Part shown: positions 9,779 through 17,953 of the stretch, piece after piece
Layout: each line of letters begins with the position of its first letter
Position numbering within the stretch: position 1 is the stretch's first letter
Source of the DNA: Candidatus Thorarchaeota archaeon
GTDB lineage: Archaea; Asgardarchaeota; Thorarchaeia; Thorarchaeales; Thorarchaeaceae
Reading direction: 5' to 3'
DNA: 42,891 nucleotides
Assembly: GCA_048882325.1 (NCBI GenBank)
Contig: JBHLRS010000027.1
Span: 1-42,891, forward strand
Notes under the pieces: generated by a model
Seen by the model: only the letters and a program-made list of their open reading frames with translations
Told to the model about the DNA's origin: nothing
The model's database searches: none
Position numbers and translations under genes: made by a program

Positions 9779-10279
9779 TCACTCTTTCAGTTTTCGGAGA
9801 CATGTAGAGTATGCATCCCAGAGCTCCTGATCATTCGGGAGAAATGGAATCAGCGCTTGGTACAACTCAATCGCTTCAGGATCAGCTCCTCTCACTGAAT
9901 AGAGTATTGCAAGATGTTCCAACGCATGGACATCTGTTGGGTTCAACTCTGTAGCCATTCTATAAGCTCTCTCAGCTTCAACTATCCTTCCTTCTTGTCT
10001 AAGAAGGTCCCCCCAGATTGACCATGTCCAGGCATTGGAGGTTTCGATATCGAGAGAGCGCTCGATTGCCTCTTCGGCCTCACTCACTCTGTCCGACATC
10101 ATATAGACCAACGCCATTGCGTTCCACATCGTGGGGTTCTGGGGTTCGAGCATCATTGAGCGAAGACATGCATATTCAACCCCTATCGTTGAAGTCATCT
10201 CATCAGAGACCTCTACTCTCTGAATTGCTTCTTGGAAATGTCCTAGTATATTCTCATCCTCGATCTCTGTCTCTGACAA
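9779..10279 (-). CDS. Tetratricopeptide repeat protein
   Basis: W..MA.VY....EAEEAI; W...G......EAERAY..A.ELNP. Confidence 0.85.
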   Translation of the reverse strand: MSETEIEDENILGHFQEAIQRVEVSDEMTSTIGVEYACLRSMMLEPQNPTMWNAMALVYMMSDRVSEAEEAIERSLDIETSNAWTWSIWGDLLRQEGRIVEAERAYRMATELNPTDVHALEHLAILYSVRGADPEAIELYQALIPFLPNDQELWDAYSTCLRKLKE

Positions 10280-10311
10280 TTTTGTGACACATCCATTTTC
10301 ACTATGACCCT

Positions 10312-10431
10312 CTAGGGACCATCATAGTAGATCTTCGCCAGCTCCACCAACAGTGCCAACTCACGTTCCTCTTTCTCCGTGAGCTCGTCACGCATTGGTT
10401 TTGTTTCTGGCCGTTTCACCTCTGTCGCCAT
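10312..10431 (-). CDS. 39-aa micro-protein MATEVKRPETKPMRDELTEKEERELALLVELAKIYYDGP
   Basis: C-terminal part of the 67-aa track ORF; preceded by a 7-bp hairpin; weak resemblance to cassette ORF-A peptides. Confidence 0.55.
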   Translation of the reverse strand: MATEVKRPETKPMRDELTEKEERELALLVELAKIYYDGP

Positions 10432-10670
10432 TCTTTCTTGCATCCTGCAGTCTTGTTTCAACTGCATGATTACGTACGCATTTTTGTACCTAAACTGTTG
10501 CTTCAGAATTTTCACCTTGTCAAAAATCTATATTTTGAGAAAGAAACGGAATTAAAATGAGCGAATAATTTTAGGGCACTTATAGAACTTATTTTCCATT
10601 TTAAGGCTGACAAATCAGTTATTGGCACTTAATAGGGTACAAAAGTGCATGAAAAAAGTGGAAACGTGGC

Positions 10671-11819
10671 TCATTCAACCATATATGAATGCAGAAGTTC
10701 ACTGATTCGTCCCAATGCTCTTTCGAGATAATCCTTCTCACTCCCAAACCCGATGCGTATGTAGCCAGGCATTTCGAAGTGCTCACCGGGTGAGATGAGG
10801 ACGCTCTTTTCCTTCTTGAGCCGTGTCGCAAAATCTATTGTATCAATGCCCTCCTTCATCTTGATGAAACAGATAGCTGCAGCCTCAGGTGTTCTGGTTG
10901 TCAGCAACTCAGAGTGAGCTGCTATCCAATTCTCCAAGATTTCCCAGTTGTCTCTGATGACCTGACGAGTGCGCTTCTCGATTTTTAGTTGAACCTCTGG
11001 TGACAGGGCTAGTGTGGCAAGCCAGTCACTCACCTTAGAGGGACACACAGTCGTATAATCGGAGTATGTCCACAGCTCCAGAGCCACCTGGGGGGAAGGA
11101 CTTACAACCCACCCCAGTCTGAGACCGGGAAGACCATACGCCTTTGACAGACTGGATGTGATGAGGACCTTCTCATATCGACCATGCATAGACGGAGCCT
11201 TCCCGTCAGCAAGCTCAGCACCACGATATATCTCATCAGCCACTATCCAAGTATCATGACCCTCCGCGATTGAAACTATGGTGTTGAGTTCGTCATCAGA
11301 GAGAATCTTGCCTGTGGGATTGTTTGGACTACAGATGACGATGGCTGCAGTCTTCTTGGAAACTAAAGACCTGAGACTCTCAAGATCTGGTTTCCATTCA
11401 CCATCAACCAGCTCGAGCTTGAAGTGGATGACATTCCCTCCGAGGTTCTTCCAGATACCACTAATCTGCATATAGTTGGGAACCATGAAGATGAGTTCAT
11501 CTCGATCAGGATTCTCACGACGCAGCCACCAGGTAACTAGAAAGTTTGCCTCAGCACCTCCCGTCGTGGCAAGGATATGCTCAGCAGTGGTTCCGGGATA
11601 GTGATGTGAGATGGCCTCGCGGAGAGGGATTGTGCCATTTGTTTGTGAATACCCAAGCTGAATGTCCATGAGTTGGTCTCTGAGCTTTTCTGTGGGAAGC
11701 AAGTCCCTAATGTGCATAGGTTCAACACCACTCTCACTCAGGTTATAGTCAACCCTATGTTCCCACTCAGACTGGTTCCGTTCAAGCTCAAAGCGTTCAA
11801 AGCGCATTGGTCCAATCAC
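10671..11819 (-). CDS. Class I/II PLP-dependent aminotransferase
   Basis: PNNPTG, DEIY, SLSKAYGLPGLRLGW. Confidence 0.95.
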   Translation of the reverse strand: MIGPMRFERFELERNQSEWEHRVDYNLSESGVEPMHIRDLLPTEKLRDQLMDIQLGYSQTNGTIPLREAISHHYPGTTAEHILATTGGAEANFLVTWWLRRENPDRDELIFMVPNYMQISGIWKNLGGNVIHFKLELVDGEWKPDLESLRSLVSKKTAAIVICSPNNPTGKILSDDELNTIVSIAEGHDTWIVADEIYRGAELADGKAPSMHGRYEKVLITSSLSKAYGLPGLRLGWVVSPSPQVALELWTYSDYTTVCPSKVSDWLATLALSPEVQLKIEKRTRQVIRDNWEILENWIAAHSELLTTRTPEAAAICFIKMKEGIDTIDFATRLKKEKSVLISPGEHFEMPGYIRIGFGSEKDYLERALGRISELLHSYMVE

Positions 11820-11864
11820 CTGATTGGTTTGAATTTTGCAAAATATAAGAATCCTACTTTTGGT

Positions 11865-12926
11865 TCATTTCTCGCAATATCTCTCTAGGTCATCGGTCTT
11901 TATCTGTGCCATAATGCTCTCCTTGTAGATTTTGAATCCCAACCTCTTGTTGATAGAGAGCATGGGTGCATTAGAAGTTGCGTTTCCAGTGACAACAGTG
12001 CTCACAGTCGGCCATCGATTCTTTATCTCTTTGAGCATGATTGCCTTGAGCCACTTACCTTTCCCTGTACCTCGGTATTTTTCAGAAACACCTGTCAAAT
12101 CTTGATATATCAAGGGGTCCTTCGATGGGCGATAGACTATTTCGGTAAGTCCTGAGATCTCACCATTGGATTCCTTTGTGATAGCTGTCAACCAAAAAGC
12201 ATTGACATCTTTCTGGTATTTCTCGAACTGTCGACGAAGCTCTGGGGTGATCACATAATCTCCAACATCCAGGTCCTCCCTTGGAGCTTGGTTGTCAACC
12301 TCAGTGTACACTTTGCAATATGTTTCTAGGATTTCCTCAGGACAGTCCTGAAAGAACTCAATCTGTGATTCAGGAGATCGGACTGGACCTTCCTGTATCC
12401 ATTCCTCCACCATATCCCAATCCACCTTTGTTAGATCAAGTCGATTCTCTAAACCGGATAGGGCTTCCTCAGCTTTCATTTTCCTGATGAATCTCTTACC
12501 ATGTTCTTCTGAAGTATTACCAATGATGACTGTTTTCTTGTGTTTCTTAGCGTACTCGAGAACTACTTTGAGAAGGTGGTTCTTGGCTATCCCCTTTCCT
12601 CTGTAAGGAGTCAATAGTTCTACGTTGTAGACAAAGCATTGACGCTTGTTCTCTTCATAGGAAGGAGAGGTCTCTCTTAGGTGACTGACACGAACAAGAC
12701 CAATCTGATCATCTGGAGCGCTCTTTAGATGCACTGTGTGAGTTTCAATATGTTCTTCGTCCCTCATAAAACGTAGACTTTTCTCAACAGCCTCATCTGA
12801 GGTGATTGGATCATCAGGTGCAAATTCAGGATATCGTTTGTAACGATATTCGTGAAAGCGCCTCCATTCTTGTTTGGTTGCCTTGAATGGATCAAATGGC
12901 CTGAGCTCAATCTCCATAATTGTCAC
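11865..12926 (-). CDS. Tandem GNAT acetyltransferase
   Basis: YRGKGIA; TGV...YRGTGKGKWLK; NA..NAPML.INKRLGF. Confidence 0.9.
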   Translation of the reverse strand: MTIMEIELRPFDPFKATKQEWRRFHEYRYKRYPEFAPDDPITSDEAVEKSLRFMRDEEHIETHTVHLKSAPDDQIGLVRVSHLRETSPSYEENKRQCFVYNVELLTPYRGKGIAKNHLLKVVLEYAKKHKKTVIIGNTSEEHGKRFIRKMKAEEALSGLENRLDLTKVDWDMVEEWIQEGPVRSPESQIEFFQDCPEEILETYCKVYTEVDNQAPREDLDVGDYVITPELRRQFEKYQKDVNAFWLTAITKESNGEISGLTEIVYRPSKDPLIYQDLTGVSEKYRGTGKGKWLKAIMLKEIKNRWPTVSTVVTGNATSNAPMLSINKRLGFKIYKESIMAQIKTDDLERYCEK

Positions 12927-12987
12927 CTACGTAGTCGGATAATCACGCGACTAGAAGTTGAATATTAAACTTAATCATCTACGTAGT

Positions 12988-13320
12988 TTAGGAAGGGGAT
13001 TCAACATCCAATATTGGAATCACATACCTCTGGATATAACCAGTTTCAGCATCATATGAAACACTCTTGAGCGTGCTTCGGAACGCAGGAGCAATAAGAT
13101 CCTCATCAAATGAATGAGAGAGTAGAATGAGTTGGGCCCCTTGTGATGAAATGAAGAGAGTGGCTGTCTTGATTGTGTTTGAATGAGCGATTCTATCAAT
13201 CCCTTCCATTATCTCATCTGCAATTCTGATTGCAGCTTCGTAGACGGTATCGTGTCCAGAAACACCCCGAGCATCATAGACCATGTACGACGAGGTCCGA
13301 GTGTTCACCTGTGCCTCCAT
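12988..13320 (-). CDS. Hypothetical protein
   Basis: 110-aa ORF with TTTATA upstream. Confidence 0.7.
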   Translation of the reverse strand: MEAQVNTRTSSYMVYDARGVSGHDTVYEAAIRIADEIMEGIDRIAHSNTIKTATLFISSQGAQLILLSHSFDEDLIAPAFRSTLKSVSYDAETGYIQRYVIPILDVESPS

Positions 13321-13374
13321 GCTTTTCTGTACATTGTCAAGGGTATAAAATCACCGAGAAAAGTGAAAATGAGA

Positions 13375-13417
13375 AAAAGAGAATGAGAGTGCCCGCATTA
13401 CGCGAGCACACGCTCAT
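13375..13417 (-). terminator. Hairpin plus T-rich tract ending micro-protein cassette 2
   Basis: GTGCTCGCG-TAA-TGCGGGCAC with outer ATGAG/CTCAT, then TCTCTTTTT. Confidence 0.6.
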
Positions 13418-13445
13418 TTGATCTTCAATGGCTGATGCTCTGTGA

Positions 13446-13547
13446 CTACGCACCTTTACGGTGGAGCCAAGCAAAAGCCAGTGCTTCAGTGGTCCAGGCT
13501 TTTCGAGCCTTGGTCAACTTCTTTCTATCTGTTTTAGCTAGTGCCAG
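13446..13547 (-). CDS. Micro-protein B2 (33 aa, CTG start) MALAKTDRKKLTKARKAWTTEALAFAWLHRKGA
   Basis: AAGGAGGT SD 7 nt before CTG; 8/31 ungapped identities to B1. Confidence 0.6.
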   Translation of the reverse strand: MALAKTDRKKLTKARKAWTTEALAFAWLHRKGA

Positions 13548-13568
13548 TTTGATTACCTCCTTAATCGC

Positions 13569-13676
13569 TCACTTTATGCGAGCATAGTCGTAGTACAGGG
13601 ACTCAAGCGTTCTGAGTCTCGGATTCCGATTCCTTCTCATTATGAAGGGCTCATCCTTCTGATTTTCATCAGCCAT
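13569..13676 (-). CDS. Micro-protein A2 (35 aa) MADENQKDEPFIMRRNRNPRLRTLESLYYDYARIK
   Basis: GGAGGAG upstream; shares E.F..RR........LE.L.Y(D/E) with A1. Confidence 0.7.
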   Translation of the reverse strand: MADENQKDEPFIMRRNRNPRLRTLESLYYDYARIK

Positions 13677-13692
13677 TTTTCCTGCATCTCCT

Positions 13693-13729
13693 CCAACCGC
13701 CGTCATTCCTTTCGAACTCTTACGGTTGG
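13693..13729 (-). promoter_or_regulatory. 5' leader hairpin with possible kink-turn
   Basis: CCAACCGT/GCGGTTGG stem; alternative register CCG-TAA-GA-GTTC...GAAT-GA-CGG. Confidence 0.5.
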
Positions 13730-13731
13730 CA

Positions 13732-13766
13732 CGTATTATGTAATACTATTACAACATATAAGTATT
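13732..13766 (-). promoter_or_regulatory. Promoter of cassette 2 with TGTAATA-N-TATTACA palindrome
   Basis: Perfect inverted repeat 13739-13753 beside the TTATAT box; matches 674-708 and 14130-14164. Confidence 0.7.
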
Positions 13767-13901
13767 GTGGTTACGTGTTAAAGATTGGGAGTTGAATGGT
13801 TGAATGGCATAAATAATGTGCAAAACAAATAACAATGATCTGAGAGCCCACACCAATGCAGCCCCTCCACAGTGACGCAATGACTGATGCATCCAGTGCT
13901 A

Positions 13902-13997
13902 CTAAGCTCTAAAACTATAAGTACGTGCATAAGACTTAGTACGTTGAAGCTTGTGCTCTAGCTCACGTTTCAGCTTTTGATTTTCTGCTCGCGCCAC
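13902..13997 (-). CDS. Micro-protein B1 (31 aa, GTG start) MARAENQKLKRELEHKLQRTKSYARTYSFRA
   Basis: GAGGTGA SD 5 nt before GTG; double stop TAG TAG. Confidence 0.65.
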   Translation of the reverse strand: MARAENQKLKRELEHKLQRTKSYARTYSFRA

Positions 13998-14018
13998 CTG
14001 TGTCACCTCTCCTCTTGT

Positions 14019-14114
14019 TCACTCGTATATTTCATAGTGCAAGAATTCCAGGAAATGAAATCCTGAAATTTCATCTCTTCGCTTTGCGAAGGTTTCATTG
14101 GTTGCATCAGTCAT
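14019..14114 (-). CDS. Micro-protein A1 (31 aa) MTDATNETFAKRRDEISGFHFLEFLHYEIYE
   Basis: ATG just downstream of the promoter motif; 8/22 ungapped identities to the A2 core. Confidence 0.7.
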   Translation of the reverse strand: MTDATNETFAKRRDEISGFHFLEFLHYEIYE

Positions 14115-14129
14115 TCTTGTCAACCTGTA

Positions 14130-14164
14130 TGTAATATGTAATACTATTTTATGTAATAAGTATT
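14130..14164 (-). promoter_or_regulatory. Promoter of cassette 1
   Basis: 27/35 ungapped identity to 13732-13766. Confidence 0.65.
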
Positions 14165-14200
14165 TCTATTACTTTTTTCTGCTCTTTTAGAAAGATAAAA

Positions 14201-14215
14201 TAACTATTGTTAACG
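14201..14215. promoter_or_regulatory. Operator-like motif TAACTATTGTTAACG upstream of the peroxiredoxin
   Basis: Exact reverse-complement copy at 7465-7479. Confidence 0.55.
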
Positions 14216-14233
14216 AATAATTAGGTGTGAGCT

Positions 14234-14719
14234 ATGATGTTACTACGGCAACAAAACGTATGTCTTAATGTCGGAGAGGAGGCTCCTGACTTTGAATTGC
14301 CAGATCAAGATGGAAATAGGGTTCGCCTCTCAGATTACAGGGGGAAGAAAAATGTTCTTCTTGCACTGAATCCAGGGGACCTGAATGATTCATGCAAGAA
14401 CTACCTCTTACTCTACAGGGACAATCTTGAGAGCTACAAGGAATTAGATATCCAGGTTGTAGGAATAAACATGGATTCTATCAGGAAGAACAAGACATGG
14501 ACTCAGAGCATGCGGGGTCTCGGATATCCAGTCTTGTCTGACCGTGAACCCCTCGGCGATGTCACGCTAAGGTATGATTGCTTTGTTCCAAAACAAGGGT
14601 ATGGAAAGCGCGGACTGTTCCTCATCGACAAGGAAGGTATCATCAGGCATATCGAGGTGTCTGACGAGAGTGGAACCTGTCCAAACATCGGTGTATTGGT
14701 AAAGAGTCTCCAGACCTGA
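14234..14719 (+). CDS. Peroxiredoxin (AhpC/TSA family)
   Basis: [23 protein letters not shown]......[11 protein letters not shown]. Confidence 0.9.
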   Translation: MMLLRQQNVCLNVGEEAPDFELPDQDGNRVRLSDYRGKKNVLLALNPGDLNDSCKNYLLLYRDNLESYKELDIQVVGINMDSIRKNKTWTQSMRGLGYPVLSDREPLGDVTLRYDCFVPKQGYGKRGLFLIDKEGIIRHIEVSDESGTCPNIGVLVKSLQT

Positions 14720-14818
14720 TACAGATAGAATGACAAAATCTGACACAGAATCGCATTATTCCCTAATAGGAGAAAATTTCCTCCTGAGATGTTTTGCAAG
14801 ACATGAAGAGAGTGCGTA

Positions 14819-15745
14819 CTAAAGCAAATCTGCAAATTTCTCTAGCACTTCTCTAGCATGAATGGTCGCATCGCAGAATTGGCATGTAGTTTCTTTACCT
14901 GCTTTTGGAAACTCTATTTTTCTGAAGCAAGAGGGACAGTCTATTGCCCAAATATCTAATCCCTTTTCATGCAACTGAGAGAAGATGGTTTGAAAGTCGG
15001 ATATCATTTCGAATGGAACAGTGACTCGAGCTAGTGCTCTGTTCGAAACGTATTTGCCCACATCAGTGACTATCCCATCTAATGCACCTTTATCGGTCAG
15101 ATAGGACACAACGTCTACCACTGTCTTGTACACTTGATCCCTTGGAACTTTCCTAGATTCAGACTCATGAAGTAAAGCTATGCGGGAAATTATCCTCCTT
15201 TCACTAGCAGTTTCGAAAAGGTCCGCGTCAAATCTATGTATCAAGAGACCCAGAATATCCTCCTCTATCTTCTCAAGAGCATAAGAGAAGAAGTAGGGTC
15301 TCATCTTTGGGTTCTTGGCAACCTTAAGTAAATCAGCGTTCCTTTTGTATGTCGATAGACTCCGAATTGTGAATGAGGTTTCTTTAGTCGTCATGGGGAG
15401 AAGCTTCTGTCTTTCGTAGAATGCAAGGAAGAGCACCGCTTTGTGCTCTTCACATGCATAGTAGTACGATCGTTTCTGTGCTGATTCTGCTTGATGGTCT
15501 ATTACTAGACCTTGTCTGAAGATCCCTGCTTTCTTCTTTTTCGTTTGAATACGAACGACATCATCGAAGTTGAACTGATGAAGTTGCTCGCGTCCTTGGC
15601 CAAGGATGCCTTTGATTTTGAGGAAGAGGATCCTCTTGTTTGTTAATACGAGATCTCCCCAGTGATTTTTGTAGGTGCACCTGATTCTTTGAATCACTGA
15701 CTCATCTGCCTCGATGCCTTCAAGTCTCTTCAAACCCAACCACAA
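14819..15745 (-). CDS. Protein with N-terminal PH-like domain and C-terminal zinc ribbon
   Basis: GDLVLTNKRILF; CPSC...CQFC; start uncertain. Confidence 0.7.
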   Translation of the reverse strand: MWLGLKRLEGIEADESVIQRIRCTYKNHWGDLVLTNKRILFLKIKGILGQGREQLHQFNFDDVVRIQTKKKKAGIFRQGLVIDHQAESAQKRSYYYACEEHKAVLFLAFYERQKLLPMTTKETSFTIRSLSTYKRNADLLKVAKNPKMRPYFFSYALEKIEEDILGLLIHRFDADLFETASERRIISRIALLHESESRKVPRDQVYKTVVDVVSYLTDKGALDGIVTDVGKYVSNRALARVTVPFEMISDFQTIFSQLHEKGLDIWAIDCPSCFRKIEFPKAGKETTCQFCDATIHAREVLEKFADLL

Positions 15746-15769
15746 TGATTTCGAAAGTGTATGTTTGAA

Positions 15770-16660
15770 TTAAATGTTACTAATTGTATTTTTCCTATTA
15801 TCACTCCTCCGTTGTACGTTTTTTATTTCAAAAATATGTTGTACTAATGCTGTTTGGGTATAATACCAGACTGATTGTTCAGGATCGAGATGTATGGAAA
15901 GGATGTGAGTTTGCAAAGTGAGGATGAATCGCTTTGAGAAAGCCTGGTTTGAATGTGAATGGATTATCGTGAAGTCCTGGGATGGCTCATCACCGGGATG
16001 GCAACCAGTCCAGTAAGTCATAATCTCGAGCGTTACATACTTACCAGGAATTCTATCTCCAGGTGGATAGTTGATATCCCATGGAGTTACATCTGGATAT
16101 TTATTACTCTCTAAGCAGATGTCCTGTCTAACAAAGAAAGTAGCTCTCCAATAATCAGAGGCGCAGCATGGTCCGTCTCGGACATGAGTCCATTGGACAC
16201 AAATTCTGCCCTGATAAACACCCTTTTGCCATACATCAATGTAGCTACCAAACTCCCATGGTTTGTAGCCACCAAACACGAACACTTCTACATACCAATT
16301 CGCCATAGTTTCATTGTTTAGACACAATGGAAGCTCGCTTGGAATTACCTCATCGTAGAAGTCAATATATCCCTGCTCGGTGTCGAGTGGTCCCCAGGAA
16401 CCGCTTTCCGATTCCATCACAAAAACAGGCTCTCTCAAAGTCCGAAGCTGGGCTGTTTCAGCTGAATCAAAGCAGTCCATGACGATATCTTCTTGATCAT
16501 CGTCAGTTGGACTTTGGCTTTGACTCCCGCATAAGTTTGCCGCCACAACGAATCCTCCAACAACTAGGACGAGTACAAGTGAGATAGATATTACAACTAT
16601 CATTTGGTCGGTCCTCTGTTCTGCTATTGGTGTGGCGGAACCCCTATAGGTTTCGCCCAT
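15770..16660 (-). CDS. Membrane-anchored Cys-containing hypothetical protein
   Basis: N-terminal TM helix; GAGGA SD; the last ~35 aa look like run-on into AT-rich DNA. Confidence 0.7.
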   Translation of the reverse strand: MGETYRGSATPIAEQRTDQMIVVISISLVLVLVVGGFVVAANLCGSQSQSPTDDDQEDIVMDCFDSAETAQLRTLREPVFVMESESGSWGPLDTEQGYIDFYDEVIPSELPLCLNNETMANWYVEVFVFGGYKPWEFGSYIDVWQKGVYQGRICVQWTHVRDGPCCASDYWRATFFVRQDICLESNKYPDVTPWDINYPPGDRIPGKYVTLEIMTYWTGCHPGDEPSQDFTIIHSHSNQAFSKRFILTLQTHILSIHLDPEQSVWYYTQTALVQHIFEIKNVQRRSDNRKNTISNI

Positions 16661-17365
16661 ATTTTCATCCTCTCTCAGACCGAAAAGAAGTGATTCCTCC
16701 CGATCTTAAGTTACCAAGTTCGCGAACGTTGATCGTTCAGCACGAACTTGATGCTACCAGAGGTGTCATAGGTATAATATAAGACATCGCTGTTTTCCAT
16801 TTTTTATTGACACTATGGATTTTTTCCATGACCTGAACCAAAATCGATTAATCTTCTGCGTGATTTCCAAGCAAGGAAAATTATCGGGTTGTGGTCTGGT
16901 TCTTTTTACTCATTTCTTTCGAAAAATCGTCAACGGTCGATCTGGCAACATATTGGCATGACGATCAAGATTCTTTACTCAGTCTTGCACTTATGCAGAA
17001 TCTTTCTCTTTTTCGTCTTTGTCCACGATTTATAGAAACATCTATAGAATGCTTGTTCTGCATTATTTTAAAGTCTAAGGACCGGTTAGAAGAGGTAGTA
17101 GTCTACTAAAATACCTGAAATCCTTGAAAAGAAGTACTCACACATTTCGAAATTTCGAAACTTTCGAAAAATGAAAACAGATCCACACTCTATAGGTGCT
17201 ACTTTGCGCCTAGCTAGGTGAAGTGCGTTGGACTATATTTTCTCATTAGTAGATTTCACGGGCATAGACCAAGAGTGCAAAAAGGGAAACCAATCAAAAA
17301 TGGTTTCAGGCTCCAACCATAGTAGTGTCATTACTCACCTTCAGTGCAAGCTACATAAAAGATGT

Positions 17366-17385
17366 AGGGGGTCATCAGACCCCTT
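17366..17385 (-). terminator. Hairpin after the 17391-17903 gene
   Basis: AGGGGGTC-ATCA-GACCCCTT (+ strand reading) directly after the stop codon. Confidence 0.55.
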
Positions 17386-17390
17386 TGAGA

Positions 17391-17903
17391 TTAGAAGTCA
17401 GTTTCTTCTTCGACAGTCTTCCTCACACCGGTTGCAATGGAAGAAAACTCAATCATCTTCCATTGTCCTCTCGAATTAGCTGCGAGTTGTACGGGAGTAT
17501 CGAGGTCTTTTCCGCCACTATCGATAAAGATTTTCAGACCCTTACCATGTTCCTGTTTCTTGACCACAGTCATGATAAGATTGTCCTTGTCAAACTTGTA
17601 GCTGTTTTTGTAAGTACCACCAACATAAGAGCGTGCGATATTGGGATTTCTTTTGAACTGACCAATAAAGTACTTTGCACTAGGACGGAGTTTTAGTCCG
17701 GATGGAGACCCTCCAGCTTCCATAGTATCTCTTTTTGAAACCACAACTGTCATCATAGCCTCGCCAAGTTCCGGATCTTTCTCGATGTTGAGAGCAGCAA
17801 TGAGATAATACATGATCGTGTTCTCTGGTTTTCCTGCATCCTTCTCCCATTCTGATTTGAACTTGGAAAACGATGTGATCATCTTCTTTGTGACTTTAGC
17901 CAT
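17391..17903 (-). CDS. Conserved hypothetical protein (DUF6935-like)
   Basis: IARSY..G....Y, SGG.D..TP..L....G.WK; family name recalled from memory. Confidence 0.65.
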   Translation of the reverse strand: MAKVTKKMITSFSKFKSEWEKDAGKPENTIMYYLIAALNIEKDPELGEAMMTVVVSKRDTMEAGGSPSGLKLRPSAKYFIGQFKRNPNIARSYVGGTYKNSYKFDKDNLIMTVVKKQEHGKGLKIFIDSGGKDLDTPVQLAANSRGQWKMIEFSSIATGVRKTVEEETDF

Positions 17904-17953
17904 GTCAAATCACTTCGCTCTCTATTGGTATAGTGTTGAAAAAGGTTAGGTGA

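Noticed and set aside
14003-14098. Alternative-frame 31-aa ORF MKPSQSEEMKF...
   Set aside because: Overlaps A1, and only the A1 frame resembles A2
14234-14719. Selenocysteine in the peroxiredoxin
   Set aside because: The active site is Cys; there is no in-frame TGA at a catalytic position
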